DNA of 64,000 bases from Eledone cirrhosa (taxonomy: Eukaryota): the NCBI GenBank assembly GCA_964016885.1, contig OZ024743.1:321160001-321224000 (forward strand), given 5' to 3'. A program made the translations under genes and the position numbers. Below the pieces are notes generated by a model. It made no database searches and had not been told where the DNA came from. It saw only the letters and a list, made by a program, of their open reading frames with translations. Positions 22,199-32,828 of the stretch are shown here, piece by piece (positions within the stretch are counted from its first letter, which is position 1; each line of letters starts with the position of its first letter).

Positions 22199-25100
22199 TC
22201 ATCATCATCATCATCATCATTTTACGTCCGCTTTTCCCTGCTTGCAAGGGTGGGACGGGTCTTATTCAGCACAGCATCTCTCCACTCGTCACGGTCCCTC
22301 GTCATCTCCACCGTGAGCTTCAATGATCTGAGGTCTGTTCTCACAACCTCCGCCCATGTTTGTCGTGATCTACCTCTACCACGTCTTCCTTCAACTGGCA
22401 ATTCCTGGCACTTCTTCACCCATCGGTCATCCTCCATGCGCATCACATGTCCATACCACCTCAGTCTCTTCTCCCGTACACTACATTCTATCCCTCTCAG
22501 ACACAGTTTCTCTCTCAACACATTTATGCTGGGTCGTTCACGCACATTTACACTGCACATCCAACAGAGCATGCTTGCCTCATTTCTCTCCAGCCGTCGC
22601 ATATCCTCTGCAGTTGCTGCCCATGTCTCACTACCATGCAGCATCGCGCTCCTCACACAGGCATCATACAACCGGCCTTTCGTACGCAGGGAGAAACCCT
22701 TCTTCGTCAACAGAGGAAGCAGCTCCCTAAACTTCTTCCAACCCGTCCTTATTCTAGATACTATGGCCTCGGAACACCCTCCTCCCATGCTAATCTGATC
22801 TCCTACGTACCGGAAGCTATCCACCACTTCTATAGCGCCCTCCTGCATTTGAAAAATGTGTCTATCAATGCGACTTCTACTGTCTAATTTCCCTCTACAT
22901 CTACTGCATACATATTTCTCCCTACCTGTTAGTTTTCCTGCTATCCCGCTACATCTCTTGTGTACCAGGATCTGCATTGTGTGCATTTTATAGAATGTAT
23001 GCCAGTTCTTTTTCTGCATATCGAACATGGCCATTTCCCTGACGGAATCAGGGTTTTGTCCTCTTTTCTACTCATCAACACTTTTGTCTTAGCTAGATTC
23101 ACTCTCAGTCCTCTTGCTTCCAACTGCTATTTCCATAGCCAGAATTTATTCTCTAGCTCCTCTACTGATTCGCCTCAACACCTAGCTTCCTTGGGGACCA
23201 CCAGATGACAGATTGGGGTACCCTATCAAAGGCCTTCTCTAGGTCAACAAAGGCTAAGTATAGTGGCTTATTCTTCTCTAAGAACCTCTCTTGCAATTGT
23301 CTCACCAAGAAGAGGGCATCTGTTGTACTCTTCCCAGGCACAAAACCAAACTGCATCTCATCTAGTTTGACCCTTTCTCTAATTAGTTGTGCTAAAATCC
23401 TTTCTCCTACTTTCATAACCTGATCTATCAGTTTTATACGCCTATAATTGCTCCTCTCCAAAGCATCCCCTTTACCTTTGTAGCAATTTATGAGAATACT
23501 GCTGCACCAGTCTTTGGGTATGACACCACCATATATAGCCTGATTGATGATGCGTGCAACCAGTTTAGTGCCTACGTCCCCTGATGCCTTCAGCATCTCA
23601 GCAACTATTCCCGATGGTCCGGCAGCCTTACCATTTTTCATTTCCCTAATCGCCTCTTGGACCCTATATTCGTCAATCTCAATAGCTGGTCCCTCTGTCG
23701 GATCTACCAAGGGTAATTTCTCTCTCTCCCATTCGTTCTCCACATTCATCAGTCTCTCATAATGACATTTCCAGGCCTCCTTTTTCTGATCATTCGTGAC
23801 ACTAAGTACACCGGCATCATCCCGGACACATTTATCTCCAACAACATCCTGATTTGCATTGACACACTGCCTTGCAATGTGGAACACCGCACGCCTCTGA
23901 TCTTCCCGTCGCAGAACATTGGCAAACCTCCTACCCTCTGCCTCCCTGCGTGCTAAGTACACCTGACGTCTAGCTTCTCTCTTAGTGGCTGTATATTCTT
24001 CCCTACTCCCACCCTTTTTCCAAGCCTTCCATGCTAGTCTTTTGTCTCTAATAGCCTTATCTACTGTGCTGTTCCACCACCAGGTCACTCTCTGTCTGGT
24101 TGGAGCTCTGCTCCAGCCACAGGTTTCATCAGTATCCTGCAGCAAGTTGTCATGTAAGAAATTCCAGTTATTATCTATGTCATACGTCTCTAAATCGTAT
24201 TCTTTTTCGTCATATACATCTTGAAGGGCTTTCCTAAATTTGTATTTTAGTGAAAGGTCTTTTAGCTTCCAGACCTTTCTTCTCCACACCTTCCTATATG
24301 TCTCATTCCATCTCTTTCTTACTGAGATATCACTAACAACTAACCTATGCTGTGGGGTACATTCTTCCCCAGGGTATGCCTTGGTATTAGACACTATCTG
24401 CCTGTCCCGCTGCCTAACTAGTAAGAAGTCAATTTGGCTTATGTGCTCACCAGATTTGTAGGTTATTAGGTGATTGGCAGGTTTCTGGAAGTTTGTGTTG
24501 CAAATAGTCAATGTACCCGCATCACAAAATTCAAGAAGTCTCACTCCTTCTTCATTTCTTGAACCGTAACCATGCCCATCATGTACCCCAGTGTAACCAT
24601 CCGGGAGCTGTCCAACATGACCATTGATGTCTCCTCCTAGCATAACGATGTCTCCGTCCTCTGTCATTGCGGTTGTTTGCAAAAGTTGCTCATAAAAGCA
24701 GTCTTTCTCATCTTTGCCTAGGCCTGCTTGGGGAGCATAGGCCGAGATGATTGTCAGTAGTCTCCTACCTACAACTAATCTAAGCTTAATTATTCGATTA
24801 CTAACTCGAACTACCTCTATTGTCTTATTGATCCATTTCTCAGCCAGGAAAATGCCTACTCCCCCTAGCCCATCATCCTTACCTACCCAGAATAGCTTAT
24901 AGCTAAGACGCTTGCCTACGACTAGTCTCGCAGAGGCACCTCTCCATCTCACCTCTTGCACGCAGCACACATCCACCTGCCTTCTCTCCAGCATCTCCGC
25001 TATTTCAGCAGATCTACCTCTGAGAGTGCCAACATTAAGTGTTGCAACTCTGAGATGCGACGTCTTCATATTTTGTGTTGTTCCTATTTGTTGCTGTGCT

Positions 25101-25260
25101 GATAAGCGTTTTGGCATTGATACACTGGTTGGATGCCCTTCCTAACACCAGCGTCACTTTACAGCATGGACTGGGTGCTTTTATTTGTGCCACCAGCACT
25201 AGAGAGGATGTCTTACTAGACTCAAGGGCCCTCTCTACTCCTCCATTTTACAGCATGGTC
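22197..25260 (-). mobile_element. Near full-length RTE LINE of a second subfamily, internal RT deletion
   Basis: 651-aa ORF 23162-25117 (TLNVGTL, VQEVRW, GDINGH, VDLEKAFDRV), then C-terminal ORF to 22222; QG/YADD segment absent; (GAT)n tail. Confidence 0.93.
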
Positions 25261-25406
25261 AATAAAAAAAAAAAAAAAAAACTTATTGACACGACGCACA
25301 CACAAACACTCACACACCAACACACATGCATACAAACCACAACCACACACACGCCACTCACATACCAACACTCATTCATACATACAATCACACACACCAC
25401 TCACAA

Positions 25407-25450
<44 letters not shown>

Positions 25451-25564
25451 CCGACAGTACTGATACAAATACAAAATCAAAATCAAAATAATCAAAATCA
25501 TGTCATTTGATGACCTTTCCCAGTCCAGTTCAGCTTGTATATAATAATAATAATAATTTATATA

Positions 25565-25604
<40 letters not shown>

Positions 25605-25758
25605 AAAGAATAGAGGTGTAACACACAAGTTATATATTGGTAAACGGAATAGAAAATGCTGACAAATTGTTCACAGTTGAAAAATGGTTTAATTAGGAAT
25701 AAAAGAGTATTAGTGATTGTATGGGTTAGTATTCAGTTGTGGTTTTAAGTTTTTAAGT

Positions 25759-25795
25759 TTTTACCGGTTGCGCATTTCTAAATGCTTTTCAAAAA
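25759..25795 (-). ncRNA. Degenerate hammerhead-like motif
   Basis: UUU-UUGAAAA-GCAUU-UAGA-AAUGC-GCA-ACCGGU-A-AAA; U3-A8-type core but GCAA replaces GAAA. Confidence 0.35.
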
Positions 25796-25991
25796 TAATT
25801 TTGAGATAGAGTGTCCGTGCTGTTTGCTCTGATCTGATTAGTTTGGGGAATTCTACCTGTTTTTATGTTAAAAAAGTGGCTCCAGCGTTATTTTTGTGTT
25901 GCAAAAATGCTTGTGGTCAAAACAATTTTGATTGGTCGGTAGAGGTCATGTGAATGTAAAAAGTTGATTTTGCGCCAAGACTGTTTTTATG

Positions 25992-26125
25992 TTAAAAAAG
26001 TGGCTCCAGCAAAAATTCTTGGTCAAAACAATTTTGATTGGTCGGTAGAGGTCATGTGGATAAAAAATTGGTTTTGCGCCAAGATTGAGAAATGACTCTT
26101 TCACAACAAATATGTGTGTGTGTGT

Positions 26126-26221
<96 letters not shown>

Positions 26222-26292
26222 AGTAGTAGTAGTAAGGTGTTCGATGCTGCGACAATGGCCAGCAGCGATGTGTGTCAAATGGCTATTAAGAT

Positions 26293-26329
<37 letters not shown>

Positions 26330-26332
26330 TGC

Positions 26333-26363
<31 letters not shown>

Positions 26364-26451
26364 TTATCTTAATAGCCATTTGACACACATCGCTGCTGGC
26401 CATTGTCGCAGCATCGAACACCTTACTACTACTACTACACACACACACACA

Positions 26452-26500
<49 letters not shown>

Positions 26501-26633
26501 ACACACACACACATATTTGTTGTGAAAGAATCATTTCTCAATCTTAGCGCAAAACCAATTTTTTATCCACATGACCTCTACCGACCAATCAAAATTGTTT
26601 TGACCAAGAATTTTTGCTGGAGCCACTTTTTAA
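25992..26633. repeat. About 640-bp fold-back palindrome containing (TG)n/(CA)n; preceded by a 124-bp-period tandem duplication from 25857
   Basis: Unique blocks of both arms are near-perfect reverse complements around ctgctat at 26329-26335. Confidence 0.95.
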
Positions 26634-26644
26634 GTAATTCCTAA

Positions 26645-27296
26645 GTAATTAGGAATAAGAGGGATCAGATGCTGTTTACTCAAGAGAAGACTACGTTGGT
26701 ATAGTCACGTGATGTGCATGAAAGACGACAGCTGTATAAAAAAGTGCAGGGCAATCAAAATTGATGGAAGCTACGGAGTAGGCAGATCCAGAAAAACCTG
26801 GGACGATTTGATAATTTCCAACCTTACACACTTACACCTCTCCAAGACAATGTCACTGGACTGAGATCTTTGGCGCTACGCTGTAATACAGAAGACCCAC
26901 CTTGCCTAAGTACAAAGCGAAACCTACAGTCAGTAGGCACCTCTTAACCAAAAATACACCCCCATCGCACTACCCCTACCCACACCCCCATATACACCAC
27001 CCCTTTCTCTGTAAAGTTATGTTGGTACCACAACATCCAGTCCTAAATAAATGATGTTGTGTAGGTGTCACGACAAAAAAAACACACAGTACACGCTGTA
27101 ATGTGGCCGTGTAGGTAACAGAGTAAAAACTTCCCAGTCCACACTGTAAATGTGGTTGGTGTTAGGAAGGGCATCCAGCCGTATAAAACCTGCCAGACAG
27201 TCCTATATGAGCAAGACAACCAATCTTGCCTCAAGTGGGACAATTCCCATCTAAACCCATGCTAGCATGGAAGATAGACGTTAAACGATGATGATG
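26645..27296 (+). mobile_element. 5'-truncated RTE LINE 3' end
   Basis: RLRWYSHVMCMKDDSCIKKCRAIKIDG, then a 3' UTR like 13870-14257; (GAT)n tail. Confidence 0.88.
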
Positions 27297-27309
27297 AATA
27301 TATATACAT

Positions 27310-28500
27310 ATCGTCATCGTTTAACGTCCGTGTTCCACGCTTGCATGGGTTTGGACGGGGGTTTTCCCACTTGAGGCAAGAGTGATTGTCTTGCTCGCAG
27401 GTTTTCTACAGTTGGATGCCCTTCCTAACACCAACCACATTTACAGTGCGGGTCTGGGAGGTTTTTACCGTGTTGCCTACACGGCCACATTACAGCGTGG
27501 ACTGTGTGTTTTTTTGTCGTGACACCTACACGATCTCATTTGTTTCGGCCTGGATGGTGTGGCACCAACATAACTTTACATAGAGGGGGCAGTGTGGATG
27601 GGGTGGGGGTGGTGGGACGGGGTGTATTTTGTTAGAGATGCCTACTGACTGTAGTAGGTTTTACTTTGTATTTAGGTAAGGCGGGTCTTCTCTATTACTG
27701 AGTACCGCCAAAGGTCTCGGTCCAGTGACATTGTCTTGGTGAGGTGTAACTGTGTGAGGTCGGAGTTTATCAGCTCGTCCCAGGTTTTTCTGGGTCTGCC
27801 TATTCCGTGGCTACCGTCTATCTTTATTGCCCTGCACTTTGTTATACAGCTATCGTCCTTCATGCGCATCACGTGACCATACGAACGTAGCCTTCTCTCT
27901 AGTAAACAACATCTGATCCCTCTTATTTCTAATTTTTTCCTTAGTTCGTTTATGCTTTGTCGTTCACGTATATTACTATTACACATCCAGCGGAGCATGC
28001 AAGCTTCGTTTCTCTCTAGTCTGCGTATATCCTCTGCACACAATGCCCAGGTCTCACTGCCATGCAACATTGCTGTTCGTATGCAGGCATCGTACAACCT
28101 GCCTTTCATTTTTAGGGAGAACCCTTTAGCGGCTAATAGTGGTATAAGCTCTCTGAACTTTTTCCACCCAGTTCTGACTCTAGCTACTGTACTTTCAGAG
28201 CACCCTCTCCCACTGCTGATTTTGTCACCCAGGTAACGGAAGCTGTCCACTATTTCTATAGAACCCTCTGCTCAGTTGAAAGAGCTAGTATTTTGTGGGC
28301 ACTTGCTGCTACTTATTGCCCCAGAACACCGGCCACATGTAAAATCTATGTTCTTAGTTAGCTTACCTGTGATCCCACTACATCTTTTATGATCCCAAAC
28401 TTTGCATTTGGGACACAAAATGGAATTTCTACCTACGCCTTTCCTACACTCTGCGCATGGCCACTTCCCGGAGGGGACCGCCGCCTTATTTTCTTTCACC
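27310..28500 (-). mobile_element. 5'-truncated RTE LINE
   Basis: ORFs 28272-28499 (C4HC3 finger) and 27672-28250; same subfamily as 13870-14980. Confidence 0.92.
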
Positions 28501-28889
28501 CAGCAGCACTTTGTCCTTCACTCTTCCATTTATTTTTTTCCTTTCATTCTGCTTACACTATTCCTTCAGACACTAATATGTGTTTAGGAAAATACACTCT
28601 GCTTTGGCCTCACTAGTTTGGAAACACCTGCAATGAATTTCTTTTTCAGTCTTCAGGATTAAAAAATATTTCAGCTGACTCCCTACAAAGCAGCAGCAAA
28701 CAATTACTGACCCCCTAAAATCAGCTTTGAATAGTTGCTGACCCCCTCCCAGGCAACTTTCAACAGTTATTCAACCCCCAAATAGCACAAGTTCAACTGT
28801 CATTAGAGTATTACTTACAAAATTAGTACATGCAATTTCCACATGCACCCATTCTGAAATACATTGAAAAAATACAAAAACAATATATC

Positions 28890-29300
28890 TCCCCATGGGG
28901 ATGGTAAACACTCAGATGTGATAACTCTCTTCCCATTGAAGTGAAGTAAATCTCTAATCTGGGATGTCACATACTGGGATGCCATGAGTTACAATCCCAC
29001 ATGCTGCAACACCAGCCTTGTTGCTTTGGCTGCAAACCTAGGCACCACTGCTTGCAATGCAGGGTAGATGATGATAACCAAATACCGGGGCTTAACTGTC
29101 CGCTTGCTTTTCATGCTAGTTACCATCATGACTAATTGTTCTCAGACCCCCACTGCTGTTTTCCTCCACAAAATTGGAAAGACAGCAATCTTCCTAAGGA
29201 AGAAGCCCTGTGATGTTGGGTGGTTGTTGCAGCAGGTGTCGCTGGCTATTCTATATTGCAATGCCATCACCATTTTGTCTATGGGGCACAGCTGAAACTT
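28890..29300 (+). mobile_element. Degenerate CRE-like non-LTR REL endonuclease C-terminus
   Basis: DGKHSDVITLFPLK*SKSLIWDVT and KYRGL...FLHKIG...WLLQQVSLAILYCNAITIL resemble DGKRPDG.T..PW..G..L.WDVT and FL.QR.S.AIQRGNA..IL. Confidence 0.65.
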
Positions 29301-29677
29301 ACCACTCAGACTGGGGTGTCCAGTCTGTCATTGCCTCCTGCTTATCCTTTTGTTTCACTGTTTAATTTCCTTTTTCCTTTTCTTCTCTTTTCTCTTCCTT
29401 TTTTGTTTCCTAATTCTCATTTATATTTTACAGTTTTCATCACATTTTCTCTTTAGTTTAATAAACATTTGTTTGCTTATTATTCATCCACCAACTGACT
29501 AGTCAAACAATTAATATTGTAATCTTTTTGGTTTAAGCCACCTTTAAGAACATTTCTAAAATGAAAGAAATAACCATATGTAACCTTATTTTCTAATATG
29601 GTAAAGTTTGATTTGAGGGTAATTAAACAGGTTGAGTGACTGCATAGACATTCTATCATTCACTTCACTATTTCAGA

Positions 29678-29865
29678 TCATCATCATGATCATTGTTTAA
29701 TGTTCATTTTCCATGTTAGAATGGGTTAGACGAGTTGCCCTGTTGTGAGACAAGTCAGGTCAAGTTCATACAGAAATATTTTTGATTTGGTTTCTATGTC
29801 TGGATGCCCTTCCTAATGCCAACTGTATTTACAGGATGCACTGGCTGATTTTTATCATGGCACTA
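29678..29865 (-). mobile_element. Degenerate bipartite RTE-derived SINE (similar copy about 30785-30920)
   Basis: catcat tail, ttccatg..atgggttagacg and tggatgcccttcctaatgccaac motifs. Confidence 0.55.
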
Positions 29866-30365
29866 AAATAACCAAATTACTGGGTGTTTAGCAAATATAA
29901 TAAATTTAAAGTTATTTGACAAGTATTCTTTTATGGGTTGGGATATCACAGAAGGCTATAAAGTTTCGCCTAGTTTGTTTAATGTTTTAACCATAAAAAT
30001 CCAACAAGTTTATAAACATAATCAGTTCAATTTATCTATAATTTATGATAATGATACAGCCAGCCAATGATTTATAAATCTTTGACTGTAAGTAGAAAAT
30101 GTGTGTGATATATCTGTTCATGTCTTCATTATTATTCAGCAATGCAAAACAAGTCATTAACTTTAGTTGAGGAAGAAGATATAACCATAGCAACATAAAT
30201 ATATTATTAGGACTATAACAACATAAATGTATTGATAGCAAGATATTAAAATATATAAATGAAAGATGTAGAATAAAGTTAAATATTTACTTTGATATTG
30301 TGAGGTCTTCCATCACTTATCTTTGCTATAAATTTTCATTCTGTTTGTTTACTTTTTATTTAAAG

Positions 30366-30460
30366 CTATCACCAACTGGTATTTGAGGCTGTCCAAGGAA
30401 AACATGTATTCAGTAAGATAGCTATCGATGATATAACAATATCAAAAAAAGGCTGTTCAT
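30366..30460 (+). CDS. Exon of MAM-domain protein (MAM C-terminal part)
   Basis: Pyrimidine-rich tract plus aag acceptor, gtgaga donor, phase 2/1. GYHQLVFEAVQGKHVFSKIAIDDITISKKGCS contains the MAM IAIDD..C signature; in frame with 6567. Confidence 0.9.
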
Positions 30461-30529
30461 GTGAGAGAATACAAATCTTATTACAGTATTTCATGTTATT
30501 TTATAGTTTATAGCTGAACCTTATGTATA

Positions 30530-30658
30530 TGAGGGTCAGCTGAAAAGTTTATAGTTTGCCTACGAAGGAGTGATGCTTGAGCTGTGAAATCTTGCATACA
30601 TTAATTTTAACTCTTGCTTCTTTCCAGAGACTCCTATGAACTTTTCAGACAAACTTTG
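30530..30658. mobile_element. Tc1/mariner-type MITE (degenerate)
   Basis: Imperfect TIRs tgagggtcagctgaaaagtttatag / ctatgaacttttcagacaaactttg with TA on both sides. Confidence 0.5.
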
Positions 30659-32510
30659 TATGTGAGCATATATGTATGTCTGCATGTGTACATGTGCATG
30701 TGCATCTGCATATGCACAAGTTTATTCCAATCCAATTAAATATATACATTAAATCTTCACTTGCAACATATTCAATAACAGATCTTCATCACCATTTCCC
30801 ATGCTGACAAGGGTTGGACAAGTTGTCATATTCTGAGGTTAGATATCATGCCTTGCTTTTATATTCCATTTTGGCATGCGTTCTATAATGCCCTTCCTAA
30901 TGCCAACCACATTACAGGGTTGAACATTAAAACAGAGAAAACATGTTGTTTGCCAAGGGAAGAAATCATCCCTCAGTGGGAGAAGGAGGGGGAAAGCTTT
31001 AGGATGTAGGTAGGGCCTTGAAAAGAGTGAATGACATCTAGCAGTAGTGTGTGGGGAGATGGGATGGGATTGGGGGTTAGATTTCTTCACCATTACCATC
31101 ATCAGTTTCATGTCTGTATTTCTATACTGGAATGGATTATGTCCATTTTCCATGCTGAGTAGTACATGCATTTTATTGTACACCAGCACGACCCTTTCTC
31201 AGAGTATGTGTTTTATTGTAGCACCAACACTAGAGATGTTGTGAAGTCCTCAACAGGACCAAACGGTCCTCTATATCCTATGTAGTCTTGATTTGATTGT
31301 CCTTAATTTTACAGGCAGTACTGAGTGTATTTTATTGTGACAGCAAAACTGGGCTAAAAGGGACCTTTCTGCTCTATTCAGTCACCAATTTCTCATAAAT
31401 CAACCTTTTGCTTAGCAGTGCTAGTACAGATGGTGGGTCTTTCTAATACATCAAGTTGCCAGTCAATATGATCGAGTATCATCACCTTCATGGGGTTCAG
31501 TTTCTTGAAGTCATTTTTCATTACTTAATTTCTTGTCTTCGTTGGTCTCCCTCTTCCATGTGTTTCATCTGCTACAAATACTTGTGACTTATTTTATATA
31601 GCTCTCACTCACCTTACTCATCACATATCCATACCAACATAATGTTCTCTTTTACATACTACATCCGACTCTTCTTATCAGTATTTTGAAATATGGGAGT
31701 TTGAAGAATACTGAGTGCATAGTTATCTAATACTTGTGATAGTGGACAGGTTATCTAATATGGTTGAATACCATGAAACAATCAAAAATGATATTATGCT
31801 CATAGTTGTTGGTAGTTATATGAAAGATACATTGATAAACTACTCAAGATACATGATAGACACAAACCTATGTGAGATAGTGGAATTTCATTATATCATT
31901 TGTTTTTGTGTCACCCTGTATATACACACAAATATCAAGTTGTTAAGTATATGATAATAAGTGTCCCTGTCAGTTTTCAACTATGAGCATTTTGGTTGTT
32001 TAATCAATAGAATAGCTCACTTGTGAAATTAACATGCAAGTGGCTAAGCATTCCACAAATATGTATACCTTTAATGTAATTCTCATGGGGATACAGTGTG
32101 ACACAGTGTGTGATAAGGCTTGTAGTCTGAATGATAAATACAATCCATCTGATGGGCTTCTAAACAGTATCTGTCCATCCAGTTTCCCTAGCAAGGTAAC
32201 TTGTTGGTCATTCAACATGATGTGTTCACAATTAAGAATATGCAACACTATCAAAGCAGCTGATATTCATATATATTAATAATTCCATAAGAAAAAACTA
32301 TTATACCCAGCATAATTAAAATATATTTCTGCTAGTTGTACAAATTAACAAAGCTTGTGGATATATTGAGAATGAAGCATTCTGTGATGAAAGATTGCAA
32401 AGAAATGTGCTTTAGAATACAGTTTGGTTATCAAAGTGTTGACTTGGTGAGTAATTCCTCCTTTATAATTGAATTTATTTCTTAACTCAAACATTTTATA
32501 TTAATTGCAG

Positions 32511-32630
32511 ATTGGAATATTAGCTGTAATTTTAATAGAGACAGTTGTGGTTATGATTTTGAAAAGGATTATTATCGGAGAGGCTGGAGCATTAAGAGGA
32601 TTCCAGGACTAAATGACAGGAAAACTGGGG
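32511..32630 (+). CDS. Exon starting a second MAM domain
   Basis: ttgcag acceptor, gtaatt donor, 120 bp, phase 1/1; YWNISCNFNRDSCGYDFEKDYYRRGWSIKRIPGLNDRKTGG. Confidence 0.8.
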
Positions 32631-32828
32631 GTAATTATTTTTATTCTATTTCTTATTGTTTTACGGAGAAATAATAAAAAATGCTAATCGATATTTCAAA
32701 TAATATTAAAGGATAATGAGTTCTTATATTTACATACCTGTAACCAATCTTTGGCATGAAGCTGACAGGGCAACAGGACAAATATATATATATATAAGTT
32801 AACAAAATTACAAGCACAGCATATAGAT

